A program made the position numbers and the translations under genes. Source: Lobosporangium transversale (lineage: Eukaryota). From it: 56,208 nt of DNA. The notes beneath the pieces were generated by a model, which made no database searches, was not told the DNA's origin, and saw only the letters and a list, made by a program, of their open reading frames with translations. The stretch lies in NCBI RefSeq assembly GCF_002105155.1, contig NW_019028979.1, positions 1,798,001 to 1,854,208 on the forward strand, written 5' to 3'. Numbering within the stretch: the stretch's first letter is position 1; the number at the start of each line of letters is the position of its first letter. Shown in pieces: positions 25,102 to 38,165 of the stretch.

Positions 25102-26665
25102 TTGTAGATCTAACTGCGAGCTATAGATTAATATACAATGTAAATGATATCGGAATACCTTTCCGTATTTATTTCCTAATAAACAAAAGGCATAGGTTAA
25201 TAGTTCTGAAGCAAGATATGGTTTGCTGCCGGCATTAGTTTATTTAGTCTATTCTAGTCTATGAATGTTTTAGCTACAATCAGCAATTGACCATTAGTGG
25301 TCAATGAATTTGTACAGTTTATTCTGACAATTGATTGTAACCACTATTACCTATAAAAGAAGAGAGAGCAAGAGAGTTAAGACAAAGTGCTGATGTAAAG
25401 AGATAGGAATGGCGCTGAGTCGGCTGATCATCGATAAAGTAAAGTAGTTGGATAAGCAGTTTGCTGAAGAAAATCGTGATTAAGAATAGGAAAGCTAATA
25501 AGCACGAGTGATTAATGTTGCGTTGCAACAGCAAGGGATGACTACAAAGGATATGGAGAGAGATATTGATTATGAACGTCATTTCTTCGGGAGAAGCCAG
25601 TCAGCAATCAGATTATAACATTGACAAAATAGATGAAACAACCAACAGATGTTGTAGGCTTTGCAGTTGCAGCTTATAACCTTTAAGGAAGTAAAATGGC
25701 TAATATTGGTATGGCGTATCCAATAGTAATTCAAAAGCGCACTTCTGCACTTCCACGACAAACTATCGCGAGTTTACCTCATGCTAGATCATAAAATGGA
25801 TCCAGAAAATGAAAACCAAAGGGAAATAGAGGATGTGAAGATTCTTGTGCAGGTCAAAAAGTCGTCTTTTGAGTGCGTTTTCTTCTCTTTCTTTTCTTTT
25901 TTTTTCTTTTCTATTGGTTGCAAAGATAGAGAGACATAACATGAATAATTTCTTGTGAGGATATAGGATTGTGGTAGATATGACGTGTCTAATAAGTTAT
26001 CAAGGACGAGTAATGGCAACAGTAATAATATTACAACGGAAAACGCTAGGCTCTTTGCATCTATCCAGATGAACACAGTTGGAGGCGCGTCATGCGTGGA
26101 TAGTTTTATTGTAGTTTCCCACCTGATACCAAGTACCACTCAACCTAGACAAAATACGCTACTCGTGTTTCCAGACAACAAACAACCATTCCTATGTTAA
26201 TGGGCGAAGCTCAACTCTAGAGATATCGTTAGCCAAACCGCCTATCACTCGACAGAGCACAGCATGAGGAACAGACACGTAGATCACAAAAGGAGGTCTG
26301 TTCCTTTGCTTTCATCCACAGATTTATAGATCCTTTTTTTTTTTTTTTTTTTTTTTGTAATAAACTTTGACCTTGATATTGCTGTTCATGATGTAGACCT
26401 TCTTCGCTTGCTATTATTGTGGAGACTAACTAAATGAAGAGCTCAGCTGGTCAAAAGCAACAACCATAGAATAAAGACCTTTTATGCCCTTAATACCATT
26501 CATCAGCTATCAAATTCAAGGTGTCTTTGCATCCTACAAATATATATTTCTTTCTTTCTTTTTTATATTTATTTATTAGAAACTATCGTTTTCGTTTGAT
26601 CCGAGTATGGTTTCGAAAGGAATGCCTCCCTTCAAGCTCAGAATGAGAGGCATAATAGTGTCCTC

Positions 26666-29600
26666 TCAAAGCAGCCCAGATCTGAGGTCGCTCATTGCCA
26701 ATCCAATCGCTACCATCTCATCACCTTGAGCCCTTTGTAGATAAATCGATAGCCGGTCTCGATCAACATGAGGAACTACATCACTCAGCTTATCAAGGCT
26801 CTTCTCCGTCCAGTAATCACTCACGCTAGCTGAAACAGGGTTGACTGATGCGGCAGAGACAGAATAGCGCTGGTCAAGTGGTTGTTGTTGTTGTTGTTGA
26901 TTATGATCCTGTTCCAAGCCCTCCTTCTTACGGTCTTTTTTACTCGACTTCTTTTGATACTTTGCAAAAGAACCAATAGATGAAAATGACGATGCTGAAT
27001 ATCGATTGCTCTTTTCCGCCTTGTCTTTCATTGGTACTAGCGTGCTGTTTCGCTCATTAGCAGGCGATCCAGCTCCTTGTGGCTGCTGCGGCTGACTTGA
27101 AACTGGCACATGATCTCTCGATACTGAATTGGGTGACATGAGCAAAGACGAAGCGGAGCCCAAAGTTGGCGTAGAAGGGCCTGCATAAGTCAAAGGTCGA
27201 GATGAGCCGCCACCTACGGAAGGGGGGCTTGCCCATCCACCACTACTACGGTGGCCACTATTATTATGGCTAGTTTTGAACACCGGGAAGCCTCCAACAG
27301 GAATCATAATAGGGGAAGTTAATGGAGTATAAAGTTCATCTTTGCTCTTTGTCTCATCGGCAAATGGGATTGATAATCCGCCTCCAATGACAGTGCTTGA
27401 TGGCTGATCAGTAATGGTAGGTGAGTTCGATGCTGCCCTCCCTGATGCCACAATGTCTTGGAGATCTCGCTGTTGCTTCAGGCCAAGGGTTGTTGAGGAT
27501 GTCGTTGCGGAAGTCCTGAGGTCCAGAGACTCTGTAACTGAGCGAGATGATGCCGATCCAAAAGACGAAGACGACTGGGGTCCTGCGGAGACATTTGACG
27601 CTGCACTATCTCCTGTGCTTCCTATAAGATCCGGTCGACGATTCTGGCCTGTAATAGCTAGCATACTTGGTGGGCGGCGTGTGTAATGACTTGAGTGACT
27701 CCTTTGAAGAGGACGACCTTTACCCACTGGGCTAGTGGAGGATAGGGATGGGATTGGAGAAGATGAGAGCGTAGGTGATGCCTGTGCAGTGTCTCCAGGG
27801 ACAGGGTGGGAAAGCGAAGAGTTGGACATATCCGCCTGTTGCAGGTGTTGCTTGGATGGGGATTCCCTTCCAGCCATATGCAACTGGCTTCCAGCTTGTA
27901 CCTCCGACATTCTGCGACTTCTGATTGATCCAGAGAGCGGACTGTTGGCCGTCGCAACGTTGTTCTTCTTTCCCTGAACTATGCCTGCTAATCCATTCGA
28001 CGAACCATACGAACTCGAGCGGCTCTGCTGTTGGTTTTGTTGGTGCTGCTGATGCTGCTGTGGGGATGGTGTTGTTATGGGTCCTATGATCGAGCTGCGA
28101 CGACCACTCGCTTCTTGAGAAGGAGCGGGAGGAGTGCCTACAATAGCTGTATTTGAACCGCTGTTTGAGATCCCGCGAACTCGCCCGGAGGACCAGGAAC
28201 CCAACTCAACAGCTGATTTGGTGATCTTTTGTTTGTAGAATATTGATCCTTGTCCGGTGCTTTCTGTGGAATTCGGATGAGAACCACCAGGCATGTCTAC
28301 TGAGAGACGCTTGCCAGCGTTCTTGATCCTAGCGCTGAGCCCATGACTACTGTTACTTAAATTAACCGAGGAACTGCTGAAGTTCAAACTTGTGGGTGTC
28401 ATTCGACCCGTTCCGCTAGCCACTGCTTTGACAATAGCCGGAGGCTCTATAAAAGCAATAATAAAAAAAATAAGTATCATACATGGAGTTATTGCTTCGA
28501 ATAGCTCTAAAAGACAGAAAGAAAGTGTAAGTGTTTTTCTTTACCTTTCATCAAAGCAGGACGATCCTGCATCATGCACCTTAGTACCCAGACATCCAGG
28601 CCAGTTCTAGCACGTGTAAATTCTTCGCACGCTTGAGCATATGTCTGAATTCTTTCTGGTATGGTCATCTTGCGAATTCGATATGCCTTCAAAGGTATTG
28701 GACGGATGCTCTGGTCTGGGAAAATAAGTTTCTCTGCGGGGATGTCTTCAAGCTGCCCACGCTCAGGGAAGACCCCAAAAGCACCTCCACTAGACTTTGT
28801 TTGTTGGCTAGACCGGCTATATTGACTCTTGAGGCTAGTGCGACGTTGAGAACCCTGCATCTCCACCAAGGTTTCAGAATCCTGACGATCGCTTCTGCTA
28901 GCTATTGAGGCTGTCCTACCAACAGAAGATGAGGTTGATGATGAAGCGGTTGAAGATACTGAAAGTGCTCTTTGGATACGTGATCGATCTGGAGACATCT
29001 TTAGGAGAGCCTCACGGCCTGCCAAGATCCTTGCCTCGCGAGCTGTCAAAGGAGTTGTTGTCGTCATCACAGTTGCAGAGGACGGAGACATAATTCCGCT
29101 CACATGTTGGTTCTCCAGTGCAGAGGTGTCTTGTAGATGTTGATTCTGCTGAGCTAGTGAACCTCGTCGACTATTCAGTGGCGATGCTGTTGCTGAAGCT
29201 GTAGTAGCCTCCTTGACTTCAACTGGTGGAGATAAAGGTGCGAGGTCCCATTTTGGTAAGTCCAAAGCATTATTTTGTAGTTTTGATTCCGACTCCATGT
29301 CAAGGCCCTCTGGGCTTCCAGAGTCGTCTTCATGATGGGTGTTGGAGATAACAAGGCCTAGGCGCTTCCTGTCTGATCGAGGATGGTTATTGTGGTTAGG
29401 CTGATTAACATTTGGTCCTCCACTCTCTATCGTTAGGCTTTTTAAGATGGTTTGCGCTGATTCAAGTCTCCCGATATCATCACCTGTCAGTTCCTGTGAT
29501 AGAGGGGACAATTTTTTGGGGGGGAACGCTACTGGATTCTTCGACAAGCCCAGTTCGTTATCGGATGAGGGCCCTACTACTTGCGGTTCTTGTGATTCTG

Positions 29601-30865
29601 AATGATCATGGAATGTATGCGCACGAGATCGCTTTCCTATATCCTCTGAAGCTAGATCCTTATCATGTGGCGATGCTGGTCCTGACGTCCAGAGTGAGCT
29701 TAGATCATTGTTAGAGAAGGATAGTTCAGGCAGTCTCATCGGTAAGGATTCGCTACTGTGTGTGTCTTCCAAGGCAATAGTCATCCCTTTTCTCTCGTCT
29801 TGTCCTTCAAAGACACCTTCCTGATCCTCTTCTTCTTCCTCATTTGGATCGCTCTGTTCGTTTTCCCACTGATTTCCAATCTTTTCGTTCCATCGTTCAA
29901 CTAAGATGGGCTTTTTCTGTCCAAAGTTCTCATAAAGTTCAGTGACGTCTACTTTGATGGTGTCGTCATAATATATGTGGTCTCCCAAGAGCTCTTGGGA
30001 GGGCATAATTTGAGCAACACCAGTGTAATGTACATCAATACCATGACTCTCAGGTACATCTGGAATGATACCTGCAGCATTCTTTTTCTCACTCATGTCA
30101 TGATGATCTTGCTGCAGTAGGATTTCATTAGCCGCAGGTGAAGGCTTTGATTGAGCTCTAGGATGTATATCCATTGGATCGACTGGATCCTGATCATCAT
30201 TAGTCCGACCACGGCTTTCGTCTGGGGTTGTTAATCCTGATGTTTCTGTATCTGAAAACTTTGGCGAGACAGGGGATGATGAGGGCGAAGGGATATACTG
30301 AGGAGCACGAGGCCCCGTAAAATAGCTAGTATTCATCACAAGTGAGGATGGTGTGGGTGCATGCTGCTGTTGTTCGTGTTGATTTTGTCTAACAAAAGCT
30401 GTTCCAAAAATGGCGGACGTTGCTGATGTTGAGAATAAGGGCTGTGGGGGCGGAGGAAGCGGTTGGGTTTGCTGAATTGTAGCTCTGGAGGAGACAGAAA
30501 GAGAGGACCCAGTACGGGTGCTTTCGTATCCAGAGGATGCTAATGATCCTAAAAAAAACGTGTCCGTTGGGAATATTAGATCGAATGTAATGTGATAATA
30601 GGCTGAGTCGATTGGATAATACTGTCTGTCTGCTCATACCTTGGCTAGACGTAAGGTCGGAAAGGGTCTGATCCGAACCTCTACCAGCGCCACCGAACGT
30701 GGATACTAAAGAAAAGAATGCAAAGTTGGAGCAAAAACGAGGAAGGAAGCAAACACTATTATAATTAGCGTGGGTCCATTATTCTTTATTCAAATGCACT
30801 TCATTACAACAACATACACTCTCCCTCGATTTGGTCAATCAGCTGTCTTAGGACACCTGAATCTA

Positions 30866-30896
<31 letters not shown>

Positions 30897-31001
30897 AAGG
30901 TGTTAACGATTGAATGGTTAACAATTGAAAAAGTAGGAATTCATTATGGGTTCATTGTGCTGTGAAAGAGCAGGTGACAGTCTACCTTCCAGGTTGTCCA
31001 T
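26666..31001 (-). CDS. Large Ser/Pro/Gln-rich disordered protein with a C-terminal CUE/UBA-like helical domain; complement(join(26666..28446, 28545..30548, 30640..30705, 30986..31001)), about 1288 aa
   Basis: Two long ORFs are joined in frame by GT-AG intron 28447..28544. Upstream exons give MDNLEVSTFGGAG.. in frame (first exon less certain). C-terminus LDKLSDVVPHVDRDRLSIYLQRAQGDEMVAI resembles CUE. Confidence 0.75.
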
Positions 31002-31708
31002 CCTGGTATGGTCTTTGCTAGTCGAGAGTGAGGAGTGTGGGTAAGAGATATGATTAAAGTCGACTGAAGGAGAGTGTGAAGGCTCTTGAGTAAAAAAATC
31101 AAGGAACGAAGAAAAAAAAAAGGAATGAGGTCAAGGAAGAGAGGAAAGAAAGGTAAAATAAACAAAGGATGACAACACATCGAAAGCTGACAAACACACA
31201 GAAAGAGCATGACCTGACTCTCCATCATGGTCTACCCCCTTTTTTTTTTTTTTTTTTTTTTCTGTCACTCAATGTGTTATTGACATGTCATTGCACAAAT
31301 GCTTTCAGGGGGACCTGTTTCGCCGCTAAAAAGGAACAAAAGAACTTTTTTAAAAAAAGTTAAGAAAACGCGATATGACCGCATTCCATCTTCCAACAAC
31401 AAATGCAACAGACTTAATTTATAGCCAGAACATGTTCTCCAGAAAAGCAGTAGTGAATGTCGATGTAATCGTATTCCTTCTCCCAGTGTGTCCTTGAAGA
31501 AAAAGGCTTTTTATTTCTTGTTCGAATTGAAACTGCATAGCTTGAAGAGTATCAGACCGCATATCGCAAGAAACATCGATCTTTTTATTGACAAAGAGTT
31601 GTGAGATCCAGATTGATATCGGTCATGAACAAGTAATTCATCCGTGTCTATGTAGTAGGAATGAATAGATTTGCATAAAGGAACAATGTCCGTTTGAGAG
31701 TAGTTTGC

Positions 31709-32449
31709 CTACTCCATGACAGCAAGCGATCTTCGAAGCTCAAGCTCCTTCTCAAGGTACTGGCGTAGTTTCAGAACAGCAACGGATCTGTGAGAGATGG
31801 CATTTTTCACAGCAGGGTCCATTGTGGCATACGTGTCATTGTGGCGATCGGGCTTAAAAATAGGGTCCCATCCAAACGTACGTGGTCCCATAGGATTGAC
31901 AATCGAACCCTGTGATCAAGTGGATAAAAGGAAAGTATGGAGTATTACACAACATTAGTCTATTTAGTACGCGTCGTTCGGGGCATTGAAGGAGAATAAC
32001 AGTAGGCGAAGTAACTGAATGGACTCATGATGACTCAATGGAGGCACAACTGCTAAAAAGGTTAAAAAAAAAAAAAAAAAATTTAAATGATAAAAGGACT
32101 TACCTTCACACTCCCTTCAAAGAGAATAGGCTCGGAACCAGGACCGGTGGTGTATGCAATTGTGCAATAGGCCACAGCAGACTTGTCTGTGTATCCTTCA
32201 AGCATTTTAACCAGTCCTTCCAGTCCAATACTCTCTAGGAACCATTTGCTTTTTTTTTTTTTTTTTTTTTTTTTTTTGCAAAGAGTATAATCACAATTTT
32301 GTTAAACTAGGAAACGATTCATGCATGTAACATGTACATTATCCACAATCCACAAAGAAAAGGAAAAACCCTCCATACATGTAAGGTCCAGGAAGGCCAT
32401 TGAGAGCGCCAAATCCTAGTCCAGTGTCCTCAACATAGACAGGTCCCTT

Positions 32450-32487
<38 letters not shown>

Positions 32488-33069
32488 AAATGAATAGATA
32501 GTAGAACATTAAGATTAATAATAAAAAAAAAAAAAAAAAAAAAAAAGACGACTTGTTCAATTGTAATTGACATCTAAACATACAAATTCTGCTGCTTTTT
32601 TACACTTTTCCCGTGCAATCTCATTGCTAGATCCTTGGAGTTCAGGCACTGAAGGATTTAATGATATCAGCATGATCTGGTCTACACATAAATTTAGACT
32701 GTCAACAAGATAAAGAGGACTAATTGCGACTTACAATCAATGCTAATGGAATCAAGTTGGAAATGGTCACCCAATAAGGCCTGCATCTCTGCAAGCTTGT
32801 TTTTGTTGCCTATCAATCAATGTCTTTACACTATTAATACGAAATATACTTAAAAAGTCAATAAATAAACAAATTAAAGCAACACACACACCTGTAACGA
32901 ACACTGATGATTTTAATTAACATTAAATCGCGTTTTAAAGAGAAAAATATAAAAAGCGACCGAGTTAGAAATGAGGTCTACATGGTAATTAGACAGGAAA
33001 AGTGATCCATGTTAATTTTTTTGTTTTTTGTTTTTTGTTTTTATTACAAAGCTTTTGCTTATCTGCCAT
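31709..33069 (-). CDS. HAM1: Inosine triphosphate pyrophosphatase (ITPase); complement(join(31709..31909, 32104..32248, 32379..32452, 32584..32648, 32735..32809, 32892..32903, 33048..33069)), 197 aa
   Basis: Spliced product [61 protein letters not shown] has all Ham1/ITPA signature motifs; all introns GT-AG. Confidence 0.93.
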
Positions 33070-33102
33070 GATGTGGGGGTTAAGAGTAACAGAGGTTTAA
33101 CG

Positions 33103-33134
<32 letters not shown>

Positions 33135-33600
33135 GGCAAATGAAGCATATCGGTTGAATAACATGGGGCCTGTCAATTACAAGTGTTTCTGTAATTGAAA
33201 AGGAGCGGACTGACCATCCACTTTGTCTCATCGCAATAAATTTCAATACTCCTAAAACCTGATTGGGCAAGAGGAGAGCACTGTGACTACTTTCCTAGGT
33301 GGCTACCATAAACAAATGTCCTTCTACTCTCTCTCTTTTTTTTTTTTTTTTTTTTTTTAATTGGCTTTGTTGCATTTCCTTTCCTTTTCTCCAACAGCAC
33401 CTCCCTTCCTCTTCATTCCATCGCTTCTCTACTACTGCTGTCTTTGACCTTTTTTTTTTCTCCTTTTTTCTTTCGCTTCCTCATTCATACATTCATACTG
33501 ATCTCGCCTCAGTTTAAATAAATTGAAACAAAACCCAATAGCGTCCCTTTTATCACTGTGAAGGAAGAAAGTTTTTTTTTTTTTTTTTAAAAAAAAAATC

Positions 33601-33758
33601 ATGTCAGCAATGGAAGAAAAGTTTCAAGAAAAGTTTGCTCTCGTTCAGCAAATGAAGCGGGTATGTAACCATCAACCCTTCCTTTCCAACACATCCACCA
33701 GCAATAATAGTAAAAATGTTTTTGTTTCATCCGTGTGCTCTTGACTGACATCTTGTTC

Positions 33759-33806
<48 letters not shown>

Positions 33807-35673
33807 AAAAGGAGCTAAAGGAGGCAAAAGCTCGAGAATCGCAGCCATTTGATATTTTCTCTATTGCTGGAGTGGCTCGTCCTAATAACGGCAGTAATCA
33901 TAGTCCCAATTTGACTATTCGCCATGATGGCTCATCGACTGTCGGATCTGCAATAGGTTCTGTGAAGAGACCACGTAAAGAGAAAAGTGTCATTGGGGAT
34001 AACCAGGCTCCTACAGCAACAGCAACAATGCCTACAACTGCACCTGCATCTACTGATGAAAAACTCGAAAATGATGGACAAAAGGCAAAGCTGAAGCGAT
34101 CTTCTCTAGCAGCAGTCCAAAATGACCTGCAAGTTTCTCAGTCTTCGGGAGACATAAAGCATGATGTATGTAATCTTTTTTTTGATTTTGTTTGTTCTAC
34201 TTAAGTAGTCTAAAAAAAAAAAAACTGACAAGGTTCGTCATACATTTGTATATTTAACGTATTATGTAATTAGGACTCTGCAAAACAATCAACCACACAC
34301 ATACAACAAGATAACCCAGCGACAACAGGACTTGAAACTGACAAGAAAGAACACAAGCCTCGTACTGCAACTCCCCCTACCCCTGTTCCCTCTCCCAAAA
34401 CTGATTCTAACAATCGACGGAACTCTGGATCCGCTTCGCCTATCAAATTGTTAGTAAGAGACATGACCCACAATGTACGAAGCCGTGCTGGAAGTGTTGA
34501 TGAGAATGAAGAAATGGTTGTGGATATGTTTGGTCGATCTGTTCCTCGCTCAAGGCATCATTCATCGGATGAAGGCTCAGATTCCGAAAACGAGAGCGCG
34601 TAAGTGTTCCAGATCCTTTGAAGTAAATGCTGGTTGTCTTATTAGAATCAGCATACCTAATTTTTTTTGAGGAAAAAAAAAAAAAAAAAAAAAAAAAAAA
34701 CTTCCTCCTTCCTCCCTTGACTTCCAGTCATCCAAGACGAAGACGCAGGATAGAAGAGGACTTGGATGTCTATAGGCCTTCCTATCGCTCTGGACGATAC
34801 AATTCCAGATCTAGATCTAGATCTAGATCTCGTTCACGATCTCGCTCACGCTCGCCAGACCATCGTCGCTATTACCGAAGATCTCGATCACGCTCCACCA
34901 GTCCATACTATCCATTTGCAAAAGATAATGATCGACGTAGAAGAGGTGCAAGCCGTGGACGGCGTGGTGACAGAGATGGGCGTGATCGATATTCAGGTGA
35001 TGAGGTCTCTGTCAATCATCCAGAGGAAACAGACCCTTATCTAGCCGCTAGTCGGTATCTGGATACGGCGTTTTATCCAACCAAAATTTATGTGGGCAAC
35101 CTTCCAAGCTCCATCTCATTAACAAGTCTTCGGACATTGTTCTCTCCATTCGGTGACATTGAGGACATGAACTTGGTCGAAGGAAAAGATTTCGGATTTG
35201 TCACTTATGTGGAACCAGCTGGAGCTCAGCAAGCCCTGGCTAAAATGAATGGTGCAGTGGTTGATGGAACCTACATTCGGGTGAATAGGGCAAAAATTCC
35301 AGAAAGGAACCGCCGTGGTTTTGCAGGAGTTGCCTGGATGGATGAAGATGGCGAGCTCGCAAGAATAGAGGAAGAGCAGCATCAACAAGCAGCAGCCATA
35401 GCTGGAGTCTTCTCTAATGTTATTTCTAATCAAGGGCATTCAAAGACTTTTGAAAACCTTTCAAAGGACAGAGGTTTGAAATCTTCAAAGAGAGATCCTT
35501 CACCTATGGCGGCTCGTCAGGCACATCAACTTCCTGCACGGCCCCGCTCGCCAAAGTTGCCTCCAAAACCCACAGGAGCTGCCCTTTTTCCTCCAGCGGG
35601 TGCGGATCCACGGGCTGTTATGGCTGCCAGTCGAGGGGTTGGACGACAAATTTTAAGATATGATGACCTTTAA
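33601..35673 (+). CDS. RS-repeat + RRM RNA-binding protein (splicing-factor-like); join(33601..33660, 33806..34165, 34274..34599, 34728..35673), 563 aa
   Basis: GT-AG introns keep the frame; (RS)n tract; RNP2 'IYVGNL' and RNP1 'KDFGFVTY'. Confidence 0.85.
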
Positions 35674-35686
35674 TCCATTGCTCATG

Positions 35687-35720
<34 letters not shown>

Positions 35721-36355
35721 CATTTCTTTTTCTGTCACCATTACTATTCCTGTTTTATTACCCTTTCATTCTCTCGACACATAAAGAGTCGTTTTTGTAA
35801 CATTACCAACATTTGTCAACATTAGCATTATAGAGAAAAAAAATGATAAAAAAAGATTAAAAAAAAAGTTACCAGTAATAAAGATTCCGATGATTCTTAA
35901 GGTATCTCCTTCCCGTCCGGAATGACAGCTCAGAGTACCATACAAGTTTCGGCTGACAGTCTATTGCAGTAGCCATATTCTTATCAGATTCATTAGATTC
36001 ATGGTCTTGGCAGTTTAAGGTCGCATCCAAAAAAAAAAAAAAAAAAAAAAAAAAAGGGGCTAGGACCAAGTACATGTAGAAAAAATCCCCTGGTCTCTAA
36101 GCTACAGTTGTTGTTTATATAGATCTCATCAAGACGATGTTCATGAAACCTGTATATTTATTGATCATCTGGGCGTCGCTTATCACCATCGTGCATATAC
36201 CAAGACTAGGATAAAATAGTTCCAGTCCTCCCTTATATCCTCTTATTTTTATTTTTATTTTAATTCTTATCCCTGCACCTCTCGCACCTGCTGCTAGTCT
36301 ATTAGATCTAAATACAAATGAGCGCAGATTCTTAAGGTTGGCTCCTCCAAACTTA

Positions 36356-37696
36356 TCAAATCAAGCCTGGAAATGAAAGCAGCCTTCTAAACTCCCAAGA
36401 ATCGAACCAAGCTAGTTGGGTCAATCCTCGTATCCGTTCATATACAATGCGTCTTTTCTCCTTGCCCTGTGCAGTCCATTGATCAACATCAACCTTAAGG
36501 CCAATCCTCATTCTAGTCAGTCCAGTACAGACCCATTCTGCACCATCAGCAATCTCTGTCACCGTAGCATTAGGGCCCTCCAATTTCCTTAAACATGGAC
36601 AGTTGGATAAGATTGGTTGAGCAATACCATCAGTTATTCCGCTTTGTCTTCTGAATATCAATATCTCAACTGTGTCGCAGAGCCTTTGGTCTCTTCTCCT
36701 TCGCATTATTTGGCCATCCTCCAGAATCTCTTGTTCATCTGCTAGTAATTCTCGAAGAGAGAGTGGACCAAAATCACAATACGGGACTTCTAGCCGCCGT
36801 AGCTCTGTCATCTGTTTGAGAAGTGTCGCCATATCCTCGTCCCTTATTTCCGCCCTTGTATATAGACTTGATAGATTTGACAGTGTGAACTGATGCTCGA
36901 GGAATACTACCTTGTAGAAACCAAAATTTAATCGCTGTGAAGGATGGATATCCTGATCGAGATTAAGAAAATTCAGTGAACGTAACTCTGGACATCTCCT
37001 AGTGAGTATACCGAAGCAATACTTTGATGTGTACGGATGTGGAGGGCAGGATATCAGGGTATCCCAAAGGAGTAGCCTTTGTATATTCGGGAAAATATAT
37101 TTGCATGTCCCCTCGTCCAAGAAGTCGCGAGGTAGCTGATCGATATGCACTTCATGCATCATCAAAGTCTTAATTTTTTTGCAGACTTGAAAGAATGGAT
37201 CGACTTCATCGTTGGGTATACATGCTTCAAAGATGACCAAGGCTTCAAGGTGAGCGCACTCCAGTACTGCACTCCATGCTCCCCGCAAACTCGAGCCCCT
37301 GAGTCTAAGCTCAGTGATTGTGGAACTGTGGGACTTGATCAAGTCGGAGAGCTCACTTAAATTGGATCTTTTAAAAGTTTTCCAGGTATGATATTCGACA
37401 AGTCGGAGGCGATTACAACCTTGCAACGATGAGAACACGCTTGCAAAAAAATCATCAAAATCAAGCTCCTCAATATATTTCTTATGCTTCTCCAGTGCTT
37501 CGTTAGTAGGAATACGATAAGTGCGTAGTCGACCTAATCCGCGGACATTGATCCTTTTCCAAATGAGACCGATCAGAGAAAAATGAAAAGTTTTGGAAAC
37601 ACAAATGCAACGAATGATGTCTGTTCGATCTAAGAAGGAACCAATGATTGAAATAATTTCAGGGATATCCAAGGGGTTTGTGTTGTGGTTGCCCAT
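36356..37696 (-). CDS. F-box / leucine-rich-repeat (RNI-like) protein
   Basis: 446-aa single-exon ORF; N-terminal F-box NPLDIPEIISIIGSFLDRTDIIRCICVSKTF..W; LxxL repeats; 'WVCTGLTRM' motif typical of the expanded Mortierellaceae family. Confidence 0.8.
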   Translation of the reverse strand: MGNHNTNPLDIPEIISIIGSFLDRTDIIRCICVSKTFHFSLIGLIWKRINVRGLGRLRTYRIPTNEALEKHKKYIEELDFDDFFASVFSSLQGCNRLRLVEYHTWKTFKRSNLSELSDLIKSHSSTITELRLRGSSLRGAWSAVLECAHLEALVIFEACIPNDEVDPFFQVCKKIKTLMMHEVHIDQLPRDFLDEGTCKYIFPNIQRLLLWDTLISCPPHPYTSKYCFGILTRRCPELRSLNFLNLDQDIHPSQRLNFGFYKVVFLEHQFTLSNLSSLYTRAEIRDEDMATLLKQMTELRRLEVPYCDFGPLSLRELLADEQEILEDGQIMRRRRDQRLCDTVEILIFRRQSGITDGIAQPILSNCPCLRKLEGPNATVTEIADGAEWVCTGLTRMRIGLKVDVDQWTAQGKEKRRIVYERIRGLTQLAWFDSWEFRRLLSFPGLI

Positions 37697-37789
37697 CGCG
37701 TGAGGAGAATTGATGGATCAACATGATCTTTGCGAACGATTTTTTTGATTTTCATCAAAGATGGCTTGGCTTTTTGTCTCACATTCCAA

Positions 37790-38165
37790 CTTCGAGTTGG
37801 ACAATCCCTCCTACAGCATATTGCCTAGAGTAACTTCAAATGCATTTAAGCCAGCAACTAACGTAGGATAATGCGGTAAGGAGTCCCTAGACAGCAGGAC
37901 TAAGTACGTGAATTACAGTCTTGCGTTCCAATTGTATCGCAGAGCCTCCGACCCCCTATTTTTCAGGATCTCCTGCTGGTCTGCTAGCAATTCTCGAATA
38001 GAGAGCGGGCCGTAATCACAATATGGAATATTTAGCTTCCTTGGCTTAGCTGCTTGCCTGAGGAGCACCACTATCTCCATATGCGCCACCAACTTTGAAA
38101 TCGATAGATCTGATAGATTTGCTACTGTGCAGGGTCATTGAAGGAACACTGTTTTGTAGAAGTCA
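37790..38165 (-). pseudogene. Degenerate fragment of an F-box/LRR paralog
   Basis: ctgctagcaattctcgaatagagagcgggccgtaatcacaatatgg (37981-38026) resembles 36739-36784 of the F-box gene; flanks are similar but broken. Confidence 0.6.
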
